Shown in pieces: positions 27,517-36,627 of a DNA stretch of 64,000 bases. The stretch covers positions 1,792,001-1,856,000 of the forward strand of contig CAVTRN010000002.1 in assembly GCA_963737155.1 (NCBI GenBank). Direction: 5' to 3'. A program made the position numbers and the translations under genes. The stretch's first letter is position 1, and the number at the start of each line of letters is the position of its first letter. The notes below the pieces were generated by a model, which was given only the letters and a program-made list of their open reading frames with translations, made no database searches and was not told the DNA's origin. This stretch comes from Nitrospirota bacterium. GTDB taxonomy: Bacteria; Nitrospirota; UBA9217.

Positions 27517-29613
27517 ATGGTAACAACGGTGGAAACAGAAATAGGCGGCAGGCGGCTGATATTGGAAACAGGGCAGATGGCCAAGCAGGCAAGTGGCGCG
27601 GTCGTTGCTCGGTACGGTGATACCGTTGTCCTGTCAACGGCAGTGGCTTCCAAGGTGGAACGGGAAAATGTGGATTTTCTCCCCTTGACGGTGGACTACC
27701 AGGAAAAAGCCTACGCCGCGGGAAGAATTCCGGGTGGTTTTTTTAAACGTGAAGGCCGGCAAAGTGAGAAGGAAATACTCTCCTCGCGTCTTATCGATCG
27801 TCCGATCAGACCATTGTTCCCTGACGGATACTATTACGATACGCAGATTATTGCATCAGTACTCTCAATCGGCGATGAAAGTTCCATGGATCTAATGGGT
27901 ATGATCGCATCATCGGCCGCTCTCGCGATATCAGATATTCCCTTCAGGGGACCTATTGGTGCCGTGCGGGTCGGCTTTGTCGACGGCAAGTTCATTATCA
28001 ATCCGGGCCAAAAGGAACTGGAGACGACGCTTCTTAACCTCGTCGTGGCAGGCACCGCGGATGCCATCATGATGGTAGAGGGGGGGGCAAATGAGTTGTC
28101 CGAGGACCAGATGCTCGAGGCCCTCGGTGTTGCCCATCGTGAAATCAAAAAGATCGTTGCGTTTCAGAATGAACTTGTATCCAAGGTCGGGAAGCCGAAA
28201 CGGTCCGTTAAGATGGTGGAGATCGACAAGGACCTTGCCCGGCAGGTGGCTGCATTAGCCATAGACCAGCTTCGGACTGCAATCGTCATCCCAAACAAGC
28301 TGGAGCGTCAGAAGACCCTTGATGTCCTGCTTGACGAAATCAAGCAGAAGCTCAAAAAAGAAGATGATCCGACGAGGAGCCGGCAAATCTCAACAATCTT
28401 TTTCGATATCGAAAAAGACGAGGTGCGAAAGATCATCCTTGAGAAAAACATTCGCGCAGATGGTAGAAAACCGGACCAGATAAGGCCGATAAGCTCGTCC
28501 GTTGGCCTTCTTCCCCGAACCCACGGATCGGCTCTTTTTACCCGTGGTGAGACCCAGGCTCTGGTAGTAACCACCCTGGGGACCTCCGAGGATGAACAGC
28601 GGATAGACTCGCTCGAAGGCGAATATTTCAAAACTTTTATGCTTCATTATAATTTCCCGCCCTTCAGCGTCGGCGAAACCAAGCCCCTCCGGGGACCGGG
28701 AAGGCGGGAGGTAGGTCACGGAGCGCTGGCAGAACGCGCTCTCAAAGCAATGGTGCCTACGAAGCAGGAGTTCCCCTATACAATAAGGCTCGTATCCGAT
28801 ATTCTGGAATCCAATGGATCATCATCCATGGCCACGGTTTGCGGCGGGACACTGGCGCTCATGGATGCCGGCGTGCCGATCAAAGCACCGGTGGCGGGTA
28901 TCGCCATGGGCCTCATTAAGGAAGGGGAAAGAATCGTCATCCTTTCCGATATCCTAGGACTTGAAGACCATCTGGGAGACATGGATTTTAAGGTTACGGG
29001 CACAAGCAAAGGCATTACCGCGCTTCAGATGGATATGAAGATTGAAGGCATTACGATCGAAACCATGCGGACAGCCCTTCAACAGGCGAAAGACGGGCGG
29101 TTGCATATTCTCGGGAAAATGCTTGAGACGATTGCCGCACCGCGGAACACGCTGAACCCTTTTGCGCCGCGGATTATTACGATGCAGATCAACCCGGATA
29201 AAATCAAAGATGTCATCGGAAGCGGTGGCAAAGTCATCAGGAGCATCGTTGAGCAAACGGGGGCAAAGATCGACATCGAAGACGACGGCACCATCAATAT
29301 TGCGTCTTCCGACGAGGCTGCTGCCAACAAGGCAAAAGAGATCATCAAGGGTATCGTGCAGGAAGCAGAGGTGGGGAAACTCTATATGGGCAAGGTCCGC
29401 AAGATAATGGATTTCGGCGCGTTTGTCGAGATATTTCCCGGCACCGACGGCTTGCTACACATTTCCCAAATCTCTGATAAGAGGATCGAGAAAGTCACTG
29501 ACGAGCTACATGAAGGAGATGAAGTACTCGTGAAGGTGCTAGAAATAGACCGTCAGGGAAAGATCCGGCTGTCTCGGAAAGAAGCATTGCACGACAAGGC
29601 CAAAACACAATAG
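27517..29613 (+). CDS. pnp: Polyribonucleotide nucleotidyltransferase (PNPase)
   Basis: [42 protein letters not shown] and S1 domains. Confidence 0.98.
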   Translation: MVTTVETEIGGRRLILETGQMAKQASGAVVARYGDTVVLSTAVASKVERENVDFLPLTVDYQEKAYAAGRIPGGFFKREGRQSEKEILSSRLIDRPIRPLFPDGYYYDTQIIASVLSIGDESSMDLMGMIASSAALAISDIPFRGPIGAVRVGFVDGKFIINPGQKELETTLLNLVVAGTADAIMMVEGGANELSEDQMLEALGVAHREIKKIVAFQNELVSKVGKPKRSVKMVEIDKDLARQVAALAIDQLRTAIVIPNKLERQKTLDVLLDEIKQKLKKEDDPTRSRQISTIFFDIEKDEVRKIILEKNIRADGRKPDQIRPISSSVGLLPRTHGSALFTRGETQALVVTTLGTSEDEQRIDSLEGEYFKTFMLHYNFPPFSVGETKPLRGPGRREVGHGALAERALKAMVPTKQEFPYTIRLVSDILESNGSSSMATVCGGTLALMDAGVPIKAPVAGIAMGLIKEGERIVILSDILGLEDHLGDMDFKVTGTSKGITALQMDMKIEGITIETMRTALQQAKDGRLHILGKMLETIAAPRNTLNPFAPRIITMQINPDKIKDVIGSGGKVIRSIVEQTGAKIDIEDDGTINIASSDEAAANKAKEIIKGIVQEAEVGKLYMGKVRKIMDFGAFVEIFPGTDGLLHISQISDKRIEKVTDELHEGDEVLVKVLEIDRQGKIRLSRKEALHDKAKTQ

Positions 29614-29651
29614 CATCAGTCAAATCACGAAAGATAAGATGAGTACGGGAG

Positions 29652-29692
29652 AGGAAATAGGGAGAAGTGCTGAAGCGCCTATTTCCTTTTTT
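29652..29692 (+). terminator. Intrinsic terminator after pnp
   Basis: AGGAAATAGG..CCTATTTCCT followed by a T run. Confidence 0.75.
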
Positions 29693-29715
29693 GTTTTTTC
29701 ATTGCCGGAGGGGGC

Positions 29716-30951
29716 GTGGGCCAATACGATTTAGCGATAATCGGAGCAGGCTTAGGAGGGCTTGTATCAGCAGCTCTTCTGGGTACGAGGGGGTTGAAAT
29801 CTTTTCTGTGCACGCCGCAGTCGTCTTTGGTGGACGCTCTGGGTAAGGTAGAGCAGGGAGGCTTTTCCTTTTCGCGCTGTCCTGCCCTCTCCTATGGTTT
29901 TGAACCGGGAGGAGCGTTCCACCAGCTTTTCGCTGATTTGAACATCATCGATATGACGCCCCCTTTAGCCGATCGTTATCAAGTAGTGCTTCCCGACAGG
30001 AGAATCACGGTTTCCGCTCATCTTGATGCGACCCTGGAGGAACTGCGGAGAGAGTTTCCGCGGGAGATAATGGCAATCGAGAACTTTTACCAAAACATTA
30101 AAAAAGTATCAATGGGCGTTACGGGCAACCGCCTTAATGCTTTTATGCTCCGATTCAGGTCTGCGAGGTCATTTATCGCAAATTATCGTTTTAGCAGGGA
30201 ATTTCTGTCTTTTCTCGAAATCCAATCGCTTTTTTTCTTTAGGCAGCCGCTCCTGGAATTATCGTTAAAGGATTTGCTCCTGCTTTGTACCCACAATCCT
30301 TACAGGAACGAGGATTGGTGCGGGAAAATATCTGACCGCCTGGCAACAGAGATTCTCCGCCATGGCGGTGCCATTCAGTATAACGATCCATCAACGGAAA
30401 TCCTCTTCCGCAATAATCGCGCTGTTGGACTCCAGACAACCCAAGGCGCTATTGAAGCCTCCTCGATCCTCGTGGATAATCCAGATAAGGGCATACCAGT
30501 CCTTTTTCTGGGCATTCATGACCAGGTTGTTCCGGTAGGCATGGAACGAGACGTCTTGTACCTTCCCGATTATTTGCAACCGCACAGCTTTCTCTCTCTG
30601 TCGCTGAGCGGCAGGGAAGATCGTAGCGCATCCCCATCCGGTATGAGAACGCTCATAGCAGCATTCCATGCCCCGGAAGATAGTGCGATGACCGACAGAG
30701 ACCTGTTGATAAACCGGATAACAGGCCTCGTGCCTTTCCTGCGCGATTTCCTTGTCCTTTATCTGGAGCCCGTTCCTCTTCTTGGCTCGACTGCTCCCCG
30801 AGAAATTTCATTTAAACCACTTAAAACTGGTAAGAACGACTCCCTCCTGTTCAGGGGATCAAAGACGAACGTGTACCGGCTTGATGATGATCAACATGCT
30901 CAACGACAGATGATGACAGCTATACGAAAGCTCGTAGCGCAAATGACCTAA
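29716..30951 (+). CDS. FAD/NAD(P)-binding oxidoreductase, phytoene-desaturase-like and degenerate
   Basis: YDLAIIGAGLGGL dinucleotide-binding motif; LRREFP.E and GMRTL segments typical of the CrtI-like family; SD GGAGG before GTG. Confidence 0.65.
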   Translation: MGQYDLAIIGAGLGGLVSAALLGTRGLKSFLCTPQSSLVDALGKVEQGGFSFSRCPALSYGFEPGGAFHQLFADLNIIDMTPPLADRYQVVLPDRRITVSAHLDATLEELRREFPREIMAIENFYQNIKKVSMGVTGNRLNAFMLRFRSARSFIANYRFSREFLSFLEIQSLFFFRQPLLELSLKDLLLLCTHNPYRNEDWCGKISDRLATEILRHGGAIQYNDPSTEILFRNNRAVGLQTTQGAIEASSILVDNPDKGIPVLFLGIHDQVVPVGMERDVLYLPDYLQPHSFLSLSLSGREDRSASPSGMRTLIAAFHAPEDSAMTDRDLLINRITGLVPFLRDFLVLYLEPVPLLGSTAPREISFKPLKTGKNDSLLFRGSKTNVYRLDDDQHAQRQMMTAIRKLVAQMT

Positions 30952-31054
30952 AGTGGCGTATGCACTTCAAAGCACCTAGACGCACTGACTCAGGCAGCTT
31001 AGTCTACGTATCATTAGTTTGGAATTGTGATGAAGTGCGCTCGGGAGAAGAGAT

Positions 31055-31085
31055 AAAAAAAGCCGTTGCCTTGGCAGCAACGGCT
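31055..31085 (-). terminator. Intrinsic terminator after clpC
   Basis: AGCCGTTGC..GCAACGGCT stem preceded on the + strand by an A run. Confidence 0.8.
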
Positions 31086-31094
31086 GGTAAGATG

Positions 31095-33533
31095 TCAAAC
31101 TTTCGCCAGGAATACGGCTTCCTCTTCCTGGAATTCAACGGCGCCATCCTTCAGTTTCACCGTTACCCGGTGCACATCTTTGAATCGTCCCTTGAGAATC
31201 TCTTCGGAAAGCGGATCGGACAGGTGCTTCTGGACCGCGCGGCGCATGGGTCTTGCACCATAGGTGGGCTGGAAGTTTTCATGGATGAGCCATTCCTTTA
31301 CTTCCTCGGATACCTCAAGCTGAATGCTGCGATCCGTGATCATCTGCGAATTGAGTTCCGTTACAAGCATATCCACGATTTTAACAAGGTGATCCTTTGT
31401 AAGCGGATGAAATACGACGACATCGTCGATCCTGTTCAGGAACTCGGGGTTGAATGATCGCTTCAACTCCGAAATGACGTTCTCCTTCATTTTGCCGAAC
31501 TGAGTCTTTGTGCTGTCCTGCTGGAAACCAAGGGCAGTGTCCTTGTCGATCATACGCGCGCCAAGGTTCGAGGTCATGATTATGACTGTGTTGCGGAAGT
31601 CCACTCTTCTGCCGAAGCTGTCGGTCATATAGCCGTCATCGAGCACCTGGAGGAGCATGTTGAAGATGTCAGGATGGGCTTTTTCAATCTCGTCAAAAAG
31701 CACAACCGCATAAGGTCTGCGCCGGATCTTTTCAGTCAACTGGCCGCCGTCATCATACCCTACATAGCCCGGAGGTGATCCTACGAGCCGTGAGGAACTG
31801 AACTTTTCCATATATTCGGACATGTCGACCCTGATGAGTGCATCTTCACTGTCGAAGAGGAATGAGGCTAGCGATCGGGCAAGCTCCGTTTTCCCCACGC
31901 CGGTGGGACCAAGGAAAATAAAGGAGCCGATGGGCTGTTTGCGCATTTTGAGGCCTACCCGTGAGCGGCGGATAGCCCGCGCTACGGCGTATATAGCTTC
32001 ATCCTGACCCACTATTCTCTTGTGGATTTCGTCTTCCATGCGGAGTAGGCGGGAAGCTTCCTTTTCTTCGAGACGGGAGAGCGGAATCCCCGTTATATGG
32101 GAAACAATTCCGGCCACGTCCTCTTCGCCGATAACTGGAATGTTCTTTTCCTGATTGTCCTTCCAATCCTGGTGAATCCCATCGAGAGTTTGACGCAACC
32201 GATCCTCTTCTTCATGGAGGGACTCCACCTTGACGTAGTCTTTGATCCGGGAAAAAAGATTTTTTTCCTGCTCAAGCTTCTTAAGCTTTTTTTCGATGGA
32301 CTTTATCTCGGCAGGGCAGGTGTAGCGATTGAGTTTGGCTTTAGCACCTGCTTCATCGATAACGTCGATTGCCTTATCAGGCAGGAAACGGTCTGTAATA
32401 TAACGATCGGAAAGACGGGCGGCGGCCATCACAGCCTCGTCGGTGATTTTGATCTTATGGTGCGATTCGTACTTCGGTCTGAGGCCCTTGATGATGTTGA
32501 TGGTTTCATCCAGGCTCGGGGGCTGGACATAAATGGGCTGAAAACGGCGTTTGAGTGCTCCGTCCTTTTCAATATGTTTTCTGTACTCATCGAGAGTCGT
32601 TGCGCCGATGCACTGAACCTCGCCCCGCGCAAGGGCGGGTTTGAGCATGCTTGATGCGTCGATGGAACCTTCGGCCGCCCCGGCTCCGACAAGGGTGTGC
32701 AATTCATCAATGAACAGAATGATGTTTTCAGCCTGGACGATTTCCTTCATGACGATTTTCAAGCGTTCTTCGAACTGTCCGCGGTATTTAGTGCCTGCGA
32801 TAAGTGAGCCGAGATCAAGCGAAACGACCCGCCGGTTCATGATGTTCTCGGGGATGTCTCCGCTGATAATCCGTTGTGCGAGTCCCTCAACTATTGCGGT
32901 TTTCCCGATTCCGGGTTCTCCGATAATCACGGGATTATTTTTGGTTCTGCGGGAAAGGATCTGGAGTACACGGTCGATTTCCTGGTCCCGACCGATAACA
33001 GGATCAAGTTTCCCGCTTTTGGCAAGTTGGGTCAAGTCCCTGCTGAATTCGTCAAGCGCAGGGGTGGGGCTTTTTTTCGCGCTCACCTGGGTGGCAGCAC
33101 GACGCAAGTAGTTGATCACAAGTTGACGAGAGCCTAACAGGTTAACGCCGAAACTGCGAAGGATTTTTCCGCCGATGCCTTCTTCCTCTCGTATCAAGCC
33201 GAGGAGGAGGTGCTCGCTCCCGATGTAGTTATGTCCGAGGAGTCTAGCTTCTTCAACTGCGTATTCGAGGACTTTTTTTGCGCGGGGTGTGAAAGGAATG
33301 TCGCCGAAGGTCAGTGTATTGCCGCTGGACGGTAAGTTCCGTTCAACCTCCATGCGGATCTGATCGACATCAATTCCCATCTTGCGAAGCACGGCAACGG
33401 GAATTCCGTCTTCTTCCCGAAGCGTCCCCAACAGGATATGCTCTGTGCCCAAGTAGTCGTTCTGAAGCCTTTCCGCTTCTTCCCGAGCATAGACAATAAC
33501 TTTCCTACCTCGTTCCGTGAACTTTTCGAACAT
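31095..33533 (-). CDS. clpC: ATP-dependent Clp protease ATP-binding subunit ClpC
   Basis: MFEKFTER, two Clp-N repeats ([16 protein letters not shown]), [35 protein letters not shown]; short M domain. Confidence 0.93.
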   Translation of the reverse strand: MFEKFTERGRKVIVYAREEAERLQNDYLGTEHILLGTLREEDGIPVAVLRKMGIDVDQIRMEVERNLPSSGNTLTFGDIPFTPRAKKVLEYAVEEARLLGHNYIGSEHLLLGLIREEEGIGGKILRSFGVNLLGSRQLVINYLRRAATQVSAKKSPTPALDEFSRDLTQLAKSGKLDPVIGRDQEIDRVLQILSRRTKNNPVIIGEPGIGKTAIVEGLAQRIISGDIPENIMNRRVVSLDLGSLIAGTKYRGQFEERLKIVMKEIVQAENIILFIDELHTLVGAGAAEGSIDASSMLKPALARGEVQCIGATTLDEYRKHIEKDGALKRRFQPIYVQPPSLDETINIIKGLRPKYESHHKIKITDEAVMAAARLSDRYITDRFLPDKAIDVIDEAGAKAKLNRYTCPAEIKSIEKKLKKLEQEKNLFSRIKDYVKVESLHEEEDRLRQTLDGIHQDWKDNQEKNIPVIGEEDVAGIVSHITGIPLSRLEEKEASRLLRMEDEIHKRIVGQDEAIYAVARAIRRSRVGLKMRKQPIGSFIFLGPTGVGKTELARSLASFLFDSEDALIRVDMSEYMEKFSSSRLVGSPPGYVGYDDGGQLTEKIRRRPYAVVLFDEIEKAHPDIFNMLLQVLDDGYMTDSFGRRVDFRNTVIIMTSNLGARMIDKDTALGFQQDSTKTQFGKMKENVISELKRSFNPEFLNRIDDVVVFHPLTKDHLVKIVDMLVTELNSQMITDRSIQLEVSEEVKEWLIHENFQPTYGARPMRRAVQKHLSDPLSEEILKGRFKDVHRVTVKLKDGAVEFQEEEAVFLAKV

Positions 33534-33589
33534 CATATCTTGGTAACCGCCTTCAAACATTCTAATTAAATTCGTTTACCTTTAGTTAG

Positions 33590-33619
33590 AATATACTCCA
33601 ATCATTGAGTTAAAGTCAA
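33590..33619 (-). promoter_or_regulatory. Putative clpC promoter
   Basis: Minus strand TTGACT-N18-TATATT. Confidence 0.5.
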
Positions 33620-33770
33620 GAGCCCTTTTGTCCGGTCGTGTACTTTAAATACATTGTCAAAGCACGGTGATCATACGGCATCGACATCGATGCCGGAAAT
33701 AATAAATCGAGCAACGGTAATTATAAAAGTTCTTAAATAAAAAGGTAATTTAAAAAATTGAAAATCGTTC

Positions 33771-33799
33771 TTGACTCGACTCCGGCTTTGCGTTAGACT
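33771..33799 (+). promoter_or_regulatory. Putative promoter of the lipoprotein gene
   Basis: TTGACT-N17-TAGACT. Confidence 0.55.
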
Positions 33800-33851
33800 T
33801 CGCGGATTGCATGTAGTGGAGCAATAACGGCCAAGGAGAAGTCCTGAATTG

Positions 33852-34712
33852 ATGAAATTGAGCGTTAGGAGAATCCTATCGTCGGCGGTGTTCCTCTGCT
33901 TTGCCGCCTGCGGGAGCAGCAATATCAGCGGGGCATTGGGAACAATTACCGTCAATGGACCTGGACTAAGCGGCACCGTACCCCCTGATACGACGAGGAT
34001 TTATACGCTCGCGGGTATTGTACAGGGCCGGACGTATACGTTGGCGACCGAAATACCGGGAATCCTGCAGCCCGATGGATCGATAACCTCCGACGGAACG
34101 TTGACTGTTCTCGTGTACTCCAGCGAGGATGCATACACAAGCAACTCGTCTCCTGAGCCTATTTCCGTTGCCCCTTCTGAGCGATACCCTTATGTGTATG
34201 AAGGATATTTTACCGCAGCTCAGTCCGGTGACTATGTCGCTGCATTGAGCGGGACTTCATCGACCAGCTCATATTTTCAATTTTTTTATAACCTCAAGCT
34301 CATGTCTGCTGACCCGATTTTGCTTACGTCATTTGCGACGCCGACGTTTCTGGCTGTCAACGCGACACTCAATACGGGCGTATCAACTGTTTTCAATGGT
34401 GGAGCTGTCACGCAATCGGGAATCTATTCTCTCAGGCTCTCCTCCAATTCTACCTCGACGCTCGGATATCCTCAGCTCTTCGTTTATGCGAATAACACTC
34501 TGGAAACTGAGTCTTTGTTGTATTCAAGCGTAACCGACTCGATGCATTTCGAAATTACATCCTTTCTTACGCCCACCGATTCAGGAATCACAATCCCGTT
34601 ACCTGTAGATGTCATAAGCGGTGTGACGCTTACGAGCATGAGCAACGGTCCATATATCGTGGTAACAGGCATCGGAAATCCCGTAGCCTATACCCTCAGT
34701 ATCGGGCCGTAA
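33852..34712 (+). CDS. Hypothetical Ser/Thr-rich lipoprotein
   Basis: Signal MKLSVRRILSSAVFLCFAA-C-GSS with lipobox; beta-rich mature part; SD AAGGAG. Confidence 0.75.
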   Translation: MKLSVRRILSSAVFLCFAACGSSNISGALGTITVNGPGLSGTVPPDTTRIYTLAGIVQGRTYTLATEIPGILQPDGSITSDGTLTVLVYSSEDAYTSNSSPEPISVAPSERYPYVYEGYFTAAQSGDYVAALSGTSSTSSYFQFFYNLKLMSADPILLTSFATPTFLAVNATLNTGVSTVFNGGAVTQSGIYSLRLSSNSTSTLGYPQLFVYANNTLETESLLYSSVTDSMHFEITSFLTPTDSGITIPLPVDVISGVTLTSMSNGPYIVVTGIGNPVAYTLSIGP

Positions 34713-34873
34713 GAGATTGGCAGACTCCCGTTTTGTCTGCAGTTCGGAAGACAGCCATTTCTTTCATTATCATGACTGAATGCGGATCACTAGAGCCTTG
34801 CGGCTCAAGGTTGCCCTCATGATGCTTTCCCTTTTCTATTGACTTCCCCCTTATAACATAGTAACTTTCCTTC

Positions 34874-35344
34874 ATGATACGAAAGGCCAGCTTGGCTGAT
34901 GTCAAGTCAATCCAATCGCTCGTCAACCAGTATGCCGCTACAGGGCAGATGCTTCCGCGGACGTTAAACGAACTCTATGAACATCTCAGGGATTTCCATG
35001 TGTACGAGCAAAAGGGCGAACTGCTCGGTGCATGTGCTCTCCATGTGAGCTGGGACGGCCTAGCTGAAATCCGTTCGCTTGCAGTGCGGAAAGACAGCAT
35101 GCGGCGCGGCATAGGATCAGAACTCGTACAAGCATGCCTGAAAGAAGCCGCATCTCTGCAAGTGGCGCGGGTGTTCGTCCTTACTTACCAAGACCGGTTT
35201 TTCAGAAAGCTCGATTTCTCCGATGTGGACAAGAAGGACCTGCCTCACAAGATATGGTCTGACTGCCTCAACTGCGTTAAGTTTCCGAACTGTGACGAAA
35301 CTTCGCTCATTATATATATCACACCTGCGACTCTTAATTCATAA
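34874..35344 (+). CDS. argA: Short GNAT-type N-acetylglutamate synthase (ArgA-like)
   Basis: MIRKA, MLPR, LAEIRSLAV, RRGIG, FVLTY, LPHKIWSDCLNCVKFPNCDE. Confidence 0.8.
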   Translation: MIRKASLADVKSIQSLVNQYAATGQMLPRTLNELYEHLRDFHVYEQKGELLGACALHVSWDGLAEIRSLAVRKDSMRRGIGSELVQACLKEAASLQVARVFVLTYQDRFFRKLDFSDVDKKDLPHKIWSDCLNCVKFPNCDETSLIIYITPATLNS

Positions 35345-35360
35345 TGGCATTCAAGTTGCA
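35345..35360 (+). promoter_or_regulatory. Putative sigma54 (-24/-12) promoter
   Basis: TGGCATTCAAGTTGCA: GG-N10-GC with flanking TGGCA and TTGCA consensus. Confidence 0.55.
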
Positions 35361-35409
35361 TCCTTTCTCAGAAGATCCATGTTTAACCTAATAGAAACCA
35401 GCAACAAGT

Positions 35410-36552
35410 ATGAATAAAAACATTATGTTATCTCTTTATCTTCATATACCCTATTGTGTCGGAAAGTGCCCATACTGTGGCTTTTATTCAACAAAGTATA
35501 CCTCGAATAATGTCGCTAAATTTATTGCTGCCTTACGTAAAGAAGCAATAAGTCGCCAGGAAAGGTTTTGCAATCGGCTCTTTCACACCATATATATAGG
35601 AGGTGGAACGCCGTCGGTCCTTTCTGATCATGAATTTGCCGAAATCCTGAATATTATAAAAACATATTTTTTGATTGCTGATAAGGCCGAATTTACCGTT
35701 GAGGCAAATCCCCAGAGTGCCGTGGACCGCGATCTTACCTTATGGCGAACACATGGGGTAAACCGACTGAGTCTCGGCGTACAATCATTCTCTCATGATG
35801 TTCTGCGCACGCTGGGAAGGCTTCATACTGCTGTCCAGGCGAAGAGCGCGTTTCTCCGGGCGAGAAGCGCCGGGTTTCGAAATATCGGCATGGACCTTAT
35901 GTATGGCATTCCGGGTCAAACAGATGATCAGTGGAGAGATTCTCTGGACGAAGCCATTACGTTGAGACCAGAGCACTTGTCCATTTACAGCCTTTCGCTT
36001 GACGAGGGGTCGGTTTTTACACAGGAAGCTGAAGCGGGAAGGCTGTCGTTACCTGATGATGCCGCTGCCGATATGTATGGACACGCAGTAACCGCGCTCG
36101 TGCGGGCGGGATACAGGAGGTATGAGATTTCAAATTTATCACTGCCGGAATATGAATGCCGACATAATTTGAATTATTGGCAGCGGGGAGAATACCTAGG
36201 GCTCGGCCCTGGGGCTTGGTCTTTTCTCTCGGGAACACGCACCCGTAACGTTGCCGACGTAAACCAGTATATCGCAGGCATGACGCTGGACGTCGAGACC
36301 GTTGCAGAATCTGAAACTCCAGGAATCGAAGAATCATCGCGTGAAACGATTCTGCTCAGTCTCAGGACTGCGAAAGGGTTGGACTTGCTCCGATACCGGC
36401 TTGAATACGGGCCCCTGCTTTTCCGACGCCTCGAAAGCGCCATGCTGTCCCTCGTGGAAGCCGAATTGATTCACGTGAAAGATAACATGCTGACCCTGAC
36501 CGATCGCGGAATTTTGTTGTCCAATGAAACACTTTTGAGGCTATCAATATAA
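35410..36552 (+). CDS. hemW: Radical SAM heme chaperone HemW (HemN-like)
   Basis: LYLHIPYCVGKCPYCGF, GGGTPS, EANP, NRLSLGVQSF, YEISN, HNLNYW. Confidence 0.92.
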   Translation: MNKNIMLSLYLHIPYCVGKCPYCGFYSTKYTSNNVAKFIAALRKEAISRQERFCNRLFHTIYIGGGTPSVLSDHEFAEILNIIKTYFLIADKAEFTVEANPQSAVDRDLTLWRTHGVNRLSLGVQSFSHDVLRTLGRLHTAVQAKSAFLRARSAGFRNIGMDLMYGIPGQTDDQWRDSLDEAITLRPEHLSIYSLSLDEGSVFTQEAEAGRLSLPDDAAADMYGHAVTALVRAGYRRYEISNLSLPEYECRHNLNYWQRGEYLGLGPGAWSFLSGTRTRNVADVNQYIAGMTLDVETVAESETPGIEESSRETILLSLRTAKGLDLLRYRLEYGPLLFRRLESAMLSLVEAELIHVKDNMLTLTDRGILLSNETLLRLSI

Positions 36553-36559
36553 ATTTTTG

Positions 36560-36588
36560 TTTACACCCCATGCGCTCCATGCTATAGT
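36560..36588 (+). promoter_or_regulatory. Putative bamA operon promoter
   Basis: TTTACA-N17-TATAGT with a TGn extension. Confidence 0.6.
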
Positions 36589-36627
36589 ATTCCGTTCAAA
36601 CTAGGGTTCTCGGAGGATGTTGAAAAC

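Noticed and set aside
30960-31457. 165-aa + strand ORF
   Set aside because: Runs through the clpC terminator and antisense to the clpC 3' end; no SD or family motif
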